From Trypethelium eluteriae (taxonomy: Eukaryota): 20,000 bases of DNA. Below are positions 1-11,116 of the stretch, piece after piece. Each line of letters opens with the position of its first letter. Position 1 is the first letter of the stretch. The stretch spans positions 123,950 through 143,949 of the forward strand of contig JAVECL010000004.1 of NCBI GenBank assembly GCA_051942245.1, written 5' to 3'. The notes under the pieces were generated by a model. It saw only the letters and a program-made list of their open reading frames with translations. It made no database searches and had not been told where the DNA came from. Made by a program: the position numbers and the translations under genes.

Positions 1-53
1 GAGGTGAATGAGAGCAGCACTGTCACGGCTGCAGGGACGCCCCTGATGCGCAT
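1..53 (-). CDS. Possible 5' end of a secreted-protein gene running off the left edge (MRIRGVPAAVTVLLSFT...)
   Basis: ATG at 53-51 followed by a basic-then-hydrophobic, signal-peptide-like stretch, with a pyrimidine-rich leader upstream. Only 17 codons are visible. Confidence 0.25.
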   Translation of the reverse strand, partial: MRIRGVPAAVTVLLSFT

Positions 54-655
54 GCCGAAGTTTAGTCGAAGAGAAATGACAAGGTCGGAGAAGAAATGCA
101 GGATGCGAAACGCTACCATTAACGGTCAACCCACAGTCTTTACCGTAACACGACAATTGCCCCCCTTAATATTCTGGCTTCGGTGTTCTGCGGTAGCAGG
201 TGCAAATTCAGAGCTTATCGAAGGTTATTACACCCACGTCCTGGCATATCTAACCCATATATACGCCGTACATGGGGTTAATTGGGCCTGATCGCGAACA
301 TGCGACCCAGGCCATGGCGATTGTGACAAAGGTATTACGGGCTGCGTCGGTAGTTGTACAGGCATCCTAGGCGGACAACGGCTGGTAATGCGAGCTGCAA
401 GGTTGGTGAGCACACCCTCGAGGAAGCGGCACGTTCTAGATAATTAATTATGCCTCATTAAGACAAGAAGCTCGAGCCAAGCTGCACGGCTGACCAGACC
501 GGACTATTCCTTGCCAGAAAGTCGCTCAGCTGAGATCAACTTGTTCTAGAGTACGGACTACGGAGTTCAAGACAGAGAAAGCAGATGCCACACTTTTTCG
601 CTGCTTTCAGCCTTCCTCGACTTATTTTCTCTGTGCGCGGTAGAGTAGTGCGCGG

Positions 656-745
656 TTAAGACACGATCCGCCGAAACCCCCGCGTAACGTCAAGATTCAC
701 GAACCTCACCAAATTTAGCAGGGAAGTTACAATTTTACTATTTCA
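656..745 (+). repeat. Left terminal inverted repeat
   Basis: Hand alignment to reverse complement of 1542-1632, including a 15-bp exact block ACCTCACCAAATTTA. Confidence 0.85.
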
Positions 746-794
746 AATATGGGGCTGTTTGGATGTTAAGCTTGGTCTAGAGATCTCTGCTTTA

Positions 795-996
795 ATCTCT
801 GCGTAGGGTTCACCTCTCTGTAGGTCTTCGCTCTCTGCATAAGCGTCTCATCTCTACATAGTCGTCTTATCTTTGCCTAGGTCTTGCACCTCTGCCTGGG
901 TCTCGTACCTCTCTATGTAAGTAGGCCTCGTACCTCTACGTAAGTAGATCTTGTATCTCTATATAGGTAGGTCTTGTGCCTCTACCTAGGTCTCTT
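795..996 (-). repeat. Degenerate tandem array (~10 units, 17-25 bp) of the 19-bp motif in reverse orientation (CTCTCTGYGYAGGTCTCGC-like)
   Basis: Units such as ATCTCTGCGTAGGGTTCAC, ACCTCTGCCTGGGTCTCGT and GCCTCTACCTAGGTCTCTT resemble reverse complements of the 1008-1311 units. Confidence 0.75.
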
Positions 997-1007
997 ATCT
1001 TGATATA

Positions 1008-1311
1008 GCGAGATCTACGCAAAGAGGCGAAACCCGCACAGAGAGGCGAGACCTACGCAAAGAGGTGAGACCTGCGTAGAGAGGCGAATCCTACGTAGAG
1101 AGGTGAGACCTGCGCAGAGAGGTGAGACTTGAGCAGAGAGGCGAGACTTGGGCAGAGAGGTGGGACCTGTATAGAAAAGCGAGACCTACACAGAGAGGCG
1201 GGACCTACCTTCACAGAGAGGCGAGACCTTCACAGAGAGGCGAGACCTACAGAGGCAAGACCTGCGTAGAGATGAGAGGTCTACACGAAAAAGCGAGATC
1301 CACATGGAGAT
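1008..1311 (+). repeat. Minisatellite, ~16 copies of 19-bp unit, consensus GCGAGACCTRCRCAGAGAG
   Basis: Directly readable units, e.g. GCGAGACCTACGCAAAGAG / GTGAGACCTGCGTAGAGAG / GTGAGACCTGCGCAGAGAG / GCGAGACCTACACAGAGAG, plus one 23-bp and one 15-bp variant. Confidence 0.95.
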
Positions 1312-1541
1312 AAGATAGGAGGCCAATATAAAGGTCAGGGATTAGATCAACTTAGATTAAGATTAAGAATAAATCAAGGATCTTTGGGAACCAAGGTTCT
1401 TCCATTTGTGCAGCAAGGTACAATAATATCCACAACTCTCTACAAATTAGACAAATCAGGCGTATATAGTAAAGTAGGTCAACAGCAAGGCGGATTGGTT
1501 TGCAACTTTCAAATTGGGCAATAAAAGTGGTGCAAACTGTG

Positions 1542-1632
1542 TGAAACAGTGAAAATTGTAGTTTGACTAGTAAATTTGGTGAGGTGTGTGAATTTTGACG
1601 TTGCGCGGGGGATTTGGTGGATCAAGTCTTAA
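1542..1632 (-). repeat. Right terminal inverted repeat
   Basis: Reverse complement matches 656-745. Confidence 0.85.
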
Positions 1633-3476
1633 TCCCACAACGTTGGGCGGTCTAGCAGAAGCATGCTCGACAGAGCCGACAAATTTTGACAGGACAACAA
1701 ACCAACCTCTAGACTGATATGTTAGTGCTCAAGATGCAGGAACGCAGGTCTGCTAAATGTCACTCGGCCGAAAATTAATGTTTAGATCTCGATCCATTCG
1801 TAGGGAGTGTGCTCAAAGTGCTGGCTAGATGATGATCAAGTCTGTGCAGTCAAGTACAGTAAGGTTAGAAGGCTGGCACTGAAACAGACGATGGAGAAGA
1901 ATCCAGTAGTGTTTTGGGAGACTGGAGAGCTTTGTCTTGCTGTTGTCAGAATAACGGCATTTCAAGAGCACTCAACGCAGTTGGTGAGCGTCGACTTGTT
2001 GAACAGAGTTTGGTACAAGTTTTGCATACCCTGTAGAGCATCGAGAATGTGGAGTCCGGGGGTCAGGCCCCTCTTTCAATGATCGAAACAGGGTGCCATT
2101 TCATATTCAAATTGTTACAGAGTATCAGTCAGGAAATGAAGAAGGCGAAGAAGGTGAGGTAGGGTACAAAGGACGCCAAGGAGTCACGCGTCAGAGATCC
2201 GGCTGGGCCGGTTCAGGATACAATTGGCACAGCGGACCAATGAGAGACCGCTCAATTTGGCACACTGGGGCGAGCTCCGCACCTCCGCAGGTCAGATCGA
2301 ATCAAACTTTGGATGACGGCGTGGGGTCCGACGGCGATCTGTTGAACGAGCCGGGCACTCAGGGAACTCGACTGGCACCAGGATGACTGAGAAAGACGGT
2401 GGGCGGCGTGGCCGGGCAGGGAAGGTTCCCGAGGTTATGCCGACCTAGATATCTATCTGCACTGCTCTCCATGTCTCCCTCCAATCCTTTCCCTTTCCCT
2501 TATGCGTACCATGGCACGGCCCAGTGGCTCCAACGACCCCTCGTACGCCACAGTACCACATGTTGAAAACTTTATTCCGCGAACCCATGCCAACTACTTC
2601 TCTTTCTGAGACGCTCCACGAACGGTCCTTCACATTGCAGTGGCTTAGCCTGCAACCCTGTACCTGCCCCAAGCTGCTGCTACCGAACTCTTTCTTCAGA
2701 CACAGAAGATTCACTCCACAATTCTCCTGTAGGATCAAACTCCTTTCGTAGCTCCTTAGGAGCAACATAAAACTCGTTCGTTCCGTTACGTGATCTAATG
2801 CCATGGAGAACCCGGTTAAAACAGGCGTCCAGCAAATTATGAAAGATCTTCATCCTGGGCGAGCCATTCCGGATCATGTAGGGTGCGTATCGGAAGGAAA
2901 AAAATCCTCAGACTCGAGCACAAAAGTCTCAGACCATGTCCAATTATGATTTGCGGTTCATCATCTTCCGGTCCGGCTCGATTTTCGCTGTTCTCGCTAT
3001 TTACTCCTTTTAGCTCCCATGTGCGTAGCAGCGAACCCATTGGATGCCCTTGAACTAGGTCTGATGGCGGAGAAGGAGCGCGTAGATAGTGATGATCCAT
3101 GGTTCTCGGGTCAGACGTGAACATGCAGATGACTTAACGCTACTCGGAAAGACTTCCCCGTCCCGTGGTCGTAGGGATTCTCGCTACGCTTCAATGCCCC
3201 ATTATTTTCTTGGTCCTGGCGCGCTGATGATCTTCGCTCACCCTGCTCTTGATGTACTGGACGCCTGCCCAAGGTGCTTCAAATTCCTATTGTGGTATAT
3301 ATGTTTTTTTTTTCCTTCGCAATGTCCCAATGATGCATCAATGATTCCCCCAAATTCAGCTCCCCTCCAAGTGCCAGATAGCAGTTGTACAAAAGTATCT
3401 AATACGTTCGACTCATCACGGTCTTTCTGTCGATACCACTCAATAGCCCGGTAGTAATCGCGAGCGCTCAGCACTC

Positions 3477-4973
3477 ATGCCTGCACTTCTCTCAGTTAGA
3501 GACAATGGGCCGCCGCCACTGCCTTCTAGCTATGTTGAATACAGCAACGCCAGTGGCATTCTCGCCATTGTTGGCACTCTTACAGCGCTGGCGCTGTTGG
3601 TAGTGCTGCTGCGAATCTACGTGCGAGCATGCATGTTGAAGGTCTTTGGCATCGACGATCATCTCATGGTTTTGGCTATGGTGAGGGAACTGCATTCATT
3701 CCTAGTTACGTTAATGTTAACACCCACAGTTGCTATCATGCATGCTACTGGTCTGCTTTGTGGAAGAGACGAAGAATGGTCTTGGCAGGCACTTCATTGT
3801 TGCTCTTTCAGATCCAACAACATATAGGACATTCCTGATTGTAACGGCAATCCATCAATCCGGCTCGAAATCTTTTATTTACTAACCGCACACTAGTGGA
3901 ACTGGGTTCATGCCATCCTCTTTGTGCTTTCAAATAGCACCCTCAAAATATCCGTTGCTTTTTTCCTAATGCGAATCACTGCAAGAACGCACTATCATCG
4001 CTTCCTCTGGGGAGTGGTCAGTGAGTGGTCCACTGACCTTGCAGCATCGAACCTACTAATCTTCCTCACAGTCTTCATCATCCTCTTCACCATTGCTTGC
4101 TTTGGTACACTCCTGTTCCAATGCATTCCTGTCTCTGCAGCATGGGACAGTTCGCTGCGACCCCCACCCTTCGGCCACGGAACGGCAAAATGCTATTCGC
4201 TTACAATCTTTCGCGACATCGGGGTTTTCAATAGCAGTATAATGATGGCTACCGACGTACTCTTTGCCTCTCTACCGGTGCCACTCATTTGGTCCCTACA
4301 GCTCAACAAACGTCAGAAGATATCTCTGATTTGCGCTCTGGGTCTAGGATTCTTTAGTTGCGCTGCGAGTCTTGTCAAAACGGTTCTGCAGTTCAACTTT
4401 TTAAAGAACAAAGACTGGACGGTTCATGATAGCTTCGATGTCTGGGCCTCGGTTGAAGTGAACGTTGGCATTCTAGCAGCAAGTCTACCCGCACTGAAGC
4501 CTTTATTGAACGGGATGCTTGAGCCGGTCAAACGAGCTCTTACCGGATCATCAAAACTTCCCGGACTGGACTCGAAAGGCAGTTCGAACCGCTCCAGAAA
4601 GGCATCATCGATGTTTGGAGTTCGCGTCATCAATGGCAGAAGTGCAAGCAGTCTCGGATATCTCAAGCACTCGAGTGATAAAGACATACCAATGAATCTG
4701 CTCCCAAGCGAGACAATCCACGCCAATCACCGGGGTTCCTTCTGCGAAGGACCAAAAGGAGGATTTGGGGTTGGCGTTTCTAGCGGAGAACTTTATCCTT
4801 CGCACAGAACTGAGATTGCAAGCACATCCGACGACAGAAGGGAATATGGCGGAGGCGTTACGTGGTTGAATTACGCGGCTCAAGGCAGTGACGACAATCT
4901 TAACTATTCACAGCCAAGTGGTGCGAGTGGAAAGAATGGGATCATGAAGACTACAGAAGTCAGACTTACTTGA
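3477..4973 (+). CDS. PTH11-like (fungal rhodopsin-domain) multi-pass membrane protein, no CFEM domain; exons 3477-3680, 3730-3840, 3897-4020, 4072-4973 (~446 aa)
   Basis: Family motifs LRIYVR...FGIDD, GLGRH, KISV..F.MRI, FQCIP...WD, TDVLFASLPVPLIWSLQL..RQK, W..VEVNVGILAASLPALKPL, then a Ser/Gly-rich tail. Three GT-AG introns (49, 56, 51 nt) with TTAAC/CTAAC/CTAAT branch sites give one continuous frame. Confidence 0.9.
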
Positions 4974-5100
4974 ACTGAAGACTTTCATCCATCTCTCGAC
5001 CATCCATCGAGCTTGGATTCTCGGACCGCATTTAATGGGAGGCGACGGCGTTGCATTTTTATGTATGGCACAAATGTAAGGATGTAAAGTGATCACTGGG

Positions 5101-5124
5101 TTTTTTTTTTTTTTTTTTTTTTTT
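5101..5124 (+). repeat. T24 homopolymer between convergent genes
   Basis: 24 consecutive T. Confidence 0.95.
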
Positions 5125-5392
5125 CTCTATTTCGAGGAATTGGGGTTCGATGGACGAATATGGCATATCTGGAATATGACGAATGTACTGTACTAAACAC
5201 CTCGATTTTCCGTTCTCGGAGCATGTAAATCTAATATACCTATAGATAAAAGAGGAGCAACTTGATGATTTGATAGCGTCTCTGCTTGAGCTACTGCATT
5301 ATTGATGTGGTATGCCATTTTGGAGTTTCAACACGGCCTTGCTAGCGGTGTACCGGGATATCTCATGCAACACTCAGTCGCTCCCTTCGAGT

Positions 5393-7304
5393 TCACATTG
5401 TCGAAGGATTTCCGCCACCTAACGCGGACAAATTCGCGAAATTATTCAGCCCACCGAGGAAGGCTTCCGCGGCAGGAGAGGCAGATCCACTGCTCAATTG
5501 ATTCAAGGCACCGAGGAGGCCTCCTGGAATTGGTGCTGCCAGAGTCTCCAACGTCGAACATGCGTAATCGAAAGTGATTGGAGAGATGTAACTAGGCTGC
5601 GTTTGGTTCATGTAGGCGAACCGAATCAAAGTTGACATGTTTTGGTCGTATGTGGGAAATTCATATGGTGCCTCGTCGAATCCGCATTCTGGATTCTTGG
5701 CAAAAGAGGCCCAGACACCCATCAGGTAAGACGAGATAGACTGTTCCACGGGTGTGTCTTGCTGCTGACTTGCGTTCTGTGCGGTTCCCCACACAACAGA
5801 GATTTCAGAACCGTGCCAAGCGCCCGAATTTGGTACACTCGTCAAACGCAGGTTTGGGAATTCGCCAAAGTAGCGGTACCGCCAGACAGGTACATTGTGT
5901 GTAGCACGAACGTTCGCAGCGTCAGACGCGGGACAGGTGAAGACGGCAAGGTTGAAGATGGCCCAAAGAATGTCAGGGATGCGCTCATTGCCTGCTTTAG
6001 CAAGGACCTTGAATAAACCCGCTTCATAATCGTTGTTACCCGTAAAATACGGTTTTTGGATGAATTTTCCCTCGGCGGCACGGGTGCTGTAATTGGAAAA
6101 GACAACCTGCTCGTCCGCGGTGGGTCCAAATTGACCAAGTACGGCCATCAGCGGATTGGTGGTTCTAGTGGCGGCGAGGATCTCAGAGGTGCTTTTGTTG
6201 CGCACGCAGGCGAGGGTTACCGGGATGCCTGCTAATTCGCCGCCACATCCAAGTATCTGAGAGGCGTTGAACCAGGCTGCAGTATTATTCGGAGGCGCAG
6301 GGGTTGCGAATGATACTGCGGTTCCAGATTCGGGAATGAAACCTGCAACAATTGGATTTTCAGTCCAAGCATAGCTGTAATAGTCGACGCTGGTACCTCC
6401 AGCAGATTGTCCAAAGATCGTAATACGATTAGGATCTCCTCCAAATGCAGCAATGTTATCCCTAACCCATTCGACAGCTAAGCGTTGATCGAGTAACCCA
6501 GGATTTTGGGGTGCATCAGGCTGATCAGGTAGACCTGGAAAACCGAATACGTTCAAGCGGTAGCTATTCGGCCGTTAATGATGACGAACGAAAGTAGAAT
6601 AGAGAGAGGTGACCCACTTCGCACTGACCACGATGACATCCTCCTCATCTGCAAAATATTCGCCGTCATAGGTAGGATTGTTTGTGTTCCCGGTTTGGAA
6701 GCCTCCACCATAGATCCAGAAAAGCACAGCCTTTGCTTTTTCTCCTGACTGTGGTTTGGTCCAGATGTTTAGTGTCAGACAATCTTCGCTTGTGATGTCT
6801 CCAGATTGGATAAGTTCGGCAAGTACAAGGTCAGAATTGGTACCGGCCAAGCCCAAGCTTGAAGCTTCAGATGTTGAGATTGCTTCGAGGTTGGCTGCAC
6901 AGTCACTGCCCTCGGTGTCAACTTAAGATTCGAAATCTTGCCGAATGTCGGTGATACGTACGGAGACTGTGGATTATTAGTCTCAAATGGCAACTGAAGA
7001 TGACTCGACTCACAAATTTGGTGGCGTTTATAAAGCCTGAGCCGAGAAAGGGTCTCGGGGCTGCAAATCTCAAGGCTCCCACCGGTGGTTGGGCAAAAGG
7101 GATACCCAAGTACTCAGAGACCTGGTCACGATACGTAGCTACTTTCCCTATGACCGTACCACTGGTAGTTTTCACGGGCTGACCAGGAGTGAAGCAATAC
7201 TGATCATGCACGCCATTGTATCTTTTTGGTTGTGGTGAACCAAGAACGAGTTGAAACTCGTTGAAGAAACTGGCAACCGCAACAAAAACTTGGAGAATCT
7301 TCAT
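5393..7304 (-). CDS. Secreted type-B carboxylesterase/cholinesterase-like alpha/beta hydrolase; exons 7304-7014, 6966-6962, 6905-6618, 6563-5393 (~584 aa)
   Basis: Signal-peptide-like N-terminus, YLGIPFAQPPVGALRFAAP, SEDCLTLNIW, WIYGGGF, NYRL (made across a splice junction), GLLDQRLAVEWVRDNIAAFGGDP, nucleophile motif GQSAG, GNNDYEA (Glu), WHGSEI (His). Introns of 47, 56 and 54 nt. Confidence 0.93.
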
Positions 7305-8233
7305 TCTGCTAGAGAAGAGAATGTTGAATTGATGAATTGAAATGTGAAAGTGGATCGATTGTAGAGGTGTTTTGGAAACTAGTGGGTCTGCAGGAAGCAG
7401 GTGAGAGGGAGGTATACACTAGTACAAATGAGGTAATAACGACCAAGGTCTCCACTGCGACTGCCTTCCAATAGAGAATGCAAAAAGCAGAAAGGAATAA
7501 CGAAAAACATAGGAATGAACATTTCGCTTTTTATCTAGAAGACGTCTTCATGAGTATGGGATCGCAATTTGCAATCTTTGATGTTTGCCAATCCCCAAGG
7601 TAAGCCGGTAACTACTAGGCCTTTTGTGTCACATTGGCTGATGCGGGGAATACATTTGGGTGGTTTTGGCCCTGGATTACGGATATAGCAAGGCAACAGT
7701 CTAATAAAGGCCGTGCACGACTAAGGGATTGAAGCGATTCAGAAAGTAATCCTCTTTTGCTGATTTGGCTCGGTATTTTTTGTAGCCATCAAGGACTGGC
7801 ACGACGTAGCGTACATAAGATAAAGCGGCGAGGAAATGGTTCCTAGGTAGGGTGATGCCATGATTGCTGATGGCACTGCATCGCAATCGATGATGCAATC
7901 TACGTCTGTCTCTACAATGGCTGGAGTAGGAGACAACCTCGGTCTCTGTAAAATAAGGAGTACGAAGTGCGGTGGCTTGTAGATTAGCACCCAAGATTCA
8001 ATTGCTCATACTCTACAAGAGTGGGAGATTGTTGAGTTTCACATGATGAGACGAACAGGAGAACATGTGGTTCTAGAGGAATGAGGTCTGACGTCACACT
8101 CGAGTCGCCTGCGTAGTAGCCTGTGTTACGTGCCGCTAACCTTTTTAGGAAAAGTGGTAATCGCCTCGTCTCTGCTTCGACTACGGAGCACAGTATCATT
8201 GCTGGGGGCAGGTCCACGCATGACACGACTGCT

Positions 8234-10108
8234 ATGTTGGCAGACCTTCCCTTTGAGCTTCTCGCCCATATCGTAGCCCATCTATCCACCGCGCGTGCCG
8301 TTCGAGCTCTTTCTCTTACTTGCCGTACTTTGAAGGAATTTGTCGATCAGGAAGCATGGCGAATTTTTACGCACTCCCGCTTCCCCTCAATATCTACTCC
8401 TGGGTTATGGAAAGAGGCAGCCCATGTTCTCACGACCTTGTCGAGGAACTGGGATCGTCGTTCACTTGTTGCCAGATACCTGGAGCCTAATGGAGCCATC
8501 ACTACCCTTCCTACCGGAAATCAGATCCAAAGATGGAAGAGGCCCCAAGGCCAGAGCATGGGCTACCAACCTAGGATCGAAAGCTTTACCGAGTGGATCG
8601 GCCCCAAATGGATTGACCAAAAGGAACTCCTGGCCTGGAGCGCCGGTACTGAACTTGTCTTGCGGATCCAGCAGACAACACAAAGAGCTGCCCGTCAATG
8701 GCGGCGAGCTGCTTCCGATTCTCATCGATTATTCTGTCAGAACAGGTGGTTCACCTTCAAGTCGCCCGACACCAGCGAGGGAAGAGATGACATCACTTCG
8801 CTAAAGCTGCTGCGACCTTGGCAATGTGATGTCGAGTCGGTAATTGGCGAGGTTCAGCATGTAATCTTAGGGAGAGCCAACGGGGACCTACGTCGCTTGG
8901 AGTTTAATTTAACCTCACCTAGTGCGCCATATCAACAAGTATACGCGACGAGACGGCAAAGTGTATTGTCGATAGATGTCTCCCCATCATCCTCTCCACT
9001 ACTCGCTTCCTGTTTAGGTGACTCTCGAGTCACGTTATACAACGTGTATAATGACAAAACCTTTAACGAGCCGATTTCTGAGACTACACTGTCTAATTCA
9101 CAGCCGAATAGTAGGCTCTGGTCAACCAAGTTCCTTTCTGATACTTGTCTCGCTGTCGGTACAGGACCGTCGAGGAATCCTTTAAGCATTTACGACGTCA
9201 CCCCGACTGGCATTCGCCAATACTCTACCCGGAAATTGGATCAGCTCAGTTTGGAATATAGTGCAGAATGTACCTGGCCGTCCTCAACGTCCGTGTACGC
9301 AGTCACACCACTGCCATCTTCCTCAGTTGCGAGCGCTCTACCTGGCGAAGTTTTTCTTAGTGGTGCCTTTGACGGTAGGATTAGGCTTCATGATCTTCGT
9401 TCACCAAACGCAGCCGAGCAGTCGTATTTTGATGGTGCTGATGAGTCTGCTATCTACTCTCTTGCTACTGTTGGCCGCGAACGTCTAGCGGCGGGCACGG
9501 CGCGTCATAGTATGGTCAAGTTCTTCGATTTGCGCGTAGATGGTGGCCGCGTCTATCACTATATCGATGCTCTTGCACAGGAACGGAAAAATCGAAACGA
9601 CAAATTGCGTTCATCTGATGTAATTGCAAGATTTACGGACGAAGCTACAGAGTCCGGGTTCAAGAACCTGGACGGCGGAGCAGGCTGGAACTTATTCCTA
9701 AATCCACGTGAGATGCATGCTGCACCTGGCCGTGGTCACTCGACCTGGTCGTCTCGTCGTGCTGTCGAATCGCCAGTATATTCGCTTTCCATGCCATCTA
9801 CATATTCACCAACCCTCTTCGCTGGCGTTGAAAATGCTCTTGTGCAGCTTGACTTTGCTTCGGTGCTGGACCGGCATCCTGACCCCACGCACGCTACCAG
9901 TATGAAATTTGATGCGACTGGCGACGTAGATATTAGACAAACATGGAACAGAAAAAGTGATGTGCTCAATTTGGGCATGTATGAGCAGATGAATGGCATA
10001 AATGCAGAGACGCTGCGGCTAAAGGTCCAAAAGAGTCTTCAGAGCAAGGACTGGGAAGTGAGACCCAATGGTCTTGATGAGCGCTGGCGAGATAGCAGTG
10101 AACTATGA
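8234..10108 (+). CDS. F-box protein with degenerate WD40/beta-propeller region (~624 aa, intronless)
   Basis: First in-frame ATG at 8234 gives MLADLPFELLAHIVAHL...LSLTCRTL (F-box pattern). WD-like blades include VLSIDVSP..LLASCLGDSRVTLY, FLSGAFDGRIRLHDLR and LAAGTARHSMVKFFDLR. Confidence 0.85.
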   Translation: MLADLPFELLAHIVAHLSTARAVRALSLTCRTLKEFVDQEAWRIFTHSRFPSISTPGLWKEAAHVLTTLSRNWDRRSLVARYLEPNGAITTLPTGNQIQRWKRPQGQSMGYQPRIESFTEWIGPKWIDQKELLAWSAGTELVLRIQQTTQRAARQWRRAASDSHRLFCQNRWFTFKSPDTSEGRDDITSLKLLRPWQCDVESVIGEVQHVILGRANGDLRRLEFNLTSPSAPYQQVYATRRQSVLSIDVSPSSSPLLASCLGDSRVTLYNVYNDKTFNEPISETTLSNSQPNSRLWSTKFLSDTCLAVGTGPSRNPLSIYDVTPTGIRQYSTRKLDQLSLEYSAECTWPSSTSVYAVTPLPSSSVASALPGEVFLSGAFDGRIRLHDLRSPNAAEQSYFDGADESAIYSLATVGRERLAAGTARHSMVKFFDLRVDGGRVYHYIDALAQERKNRNDKLRSSDVIARFTDEATESGFKNLDGGAGWNLFLNPREMHAAPGRGHSTWSSRRAVESPVYSLSMPSTYSPTLFAGVENALVQLDFASVLDRHPDPTHATSMKFDATGDVDIRQTWNRKSDVLNLGMYEQMNGINAETLRLKVQKSLQSKDWEVRPNGLDERWRDSSEL

Positions 10109-11116
10109 ACTAAATTATTTTCCAACTGGTGTTTATTGCTTTGTCACAAGCACTCTGCCTCACTTTTTATGATGAAACCAGATGAATGAACAACTTTCCC
10201 AAGACAGTGACAGAATGAGTGCTGTGTGAGAAGGCGATTCTTTGAGAAGGGGTACTTTTGTATTTGCGTCTTATGCGAAGATAGCCGAGAGTACTGCTTT
10301 TATACTAATTGTGCAATGCCATTAAGAGAGCGCGTTCTGTCATGGCCATGTGGTGACCAACATGATTTTTCTCGATTGAAGATCGACCAGGCTGCGGAAG
10401 CAACGCATAGAGACCACCAATCGTCTATCAGAACGATAAACCAATGATCTTACTTCCTCATCGTATTCAAATGGAGTGCGGGATGAGGTAACGGACCACT
10501 GACACAGAGCTCAGTTAGATGATGCATAATTGCGGCAACCCGACGGCATGCCGGGCATGGGTTGAATGGTCGACCTCGGATCTATTCATTGTTCAGTATG
10601 GAAGTTAGCTGTCTGGTTCATATACTGGCTGGTCATAATATCTCTTGCTCCTTTTCAGAGAAAGACGAAAGTAGAAGCTACGAAATAAACAAGGGTCCTG
10701 GGGTTACTATCTTGGTGGTCTTTCTCGGCACGTCTGGCACTGTCCGTTCTCAAAAGTCCTGGAGAAAGATAGGATAAAAGATAAGAAGATGTGAAAGGAT
10801 ATAGACTAAAATTTTTGGCACATCCTAAATATTGTGGGACATGGGAGTAGCGCCACCTATATACAGAGCTGCGCAGAGGTCCATGCGCATAGCCTGGTGA
10901 CACATTACATGACCTTTCATCTCATCTCCAAGCACAGAGATCAGAAGCACAGCTGCATAGAATAATGGATGAGAATAGAAAGCTGTAGATATGCATAAAT
11001 TCAATCGCAAAATCATAAAAAATAATTCTCATGAAAAGGAGTTTTTGGTAAAAAAAAAAGAGACGAAAGCTAGATAGAAGAGATGAAAAGTGAAAATATT
11101 AAAATTATCAATTATT

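Larger units (their letters stand above)
656..1632. mobile_element. Non-autonomous DNA transposon relic (MITE/Foldback-like) with ~90-bp TIRs and TTAA (or TA) ends
   Basis: Left end 656-745 (TTAAGACACGATCCGCCGAAACCCCCGCGTAACGTCAAGATTCACGAACCTCACCAAATTTA...) aligns with the reverse complement of 1542-1632 (TTAAGACTTGATCCACCAAATCCCCCGCGCAACGTCAAAATTCACACACCTCACCAAATTTA...), about 74/91 identical by hand. TTAA at 656-659 and 1629-1632. No transposase ORF inside. Confidence 0.8.

Noticed and set aside
1008..1311. CRISPR-like array
   Set aside because: Units are contiguous tandem repeats with no unique spacers, there are no cas genes, and the context is eukaryotic.
1122..1313. 63-aa repetitive ORF
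   Set aside because: Translation of the 19-bp minisatellite; non-ATG start and a period not divisible by 3.
656..1632. RIP mutation signature in the element
   Set aside because: TIR mismatches are about 10 transitions to 6 transversions and CpA/CpG sites remain common, so there is no clear RIP pattern without other copies to compare.
8123..8233. ORF-track N-terminal extension of the F-box gene
   Set aside because: Starts at GTG; the first ATG (8234) coincides with the F-box start.
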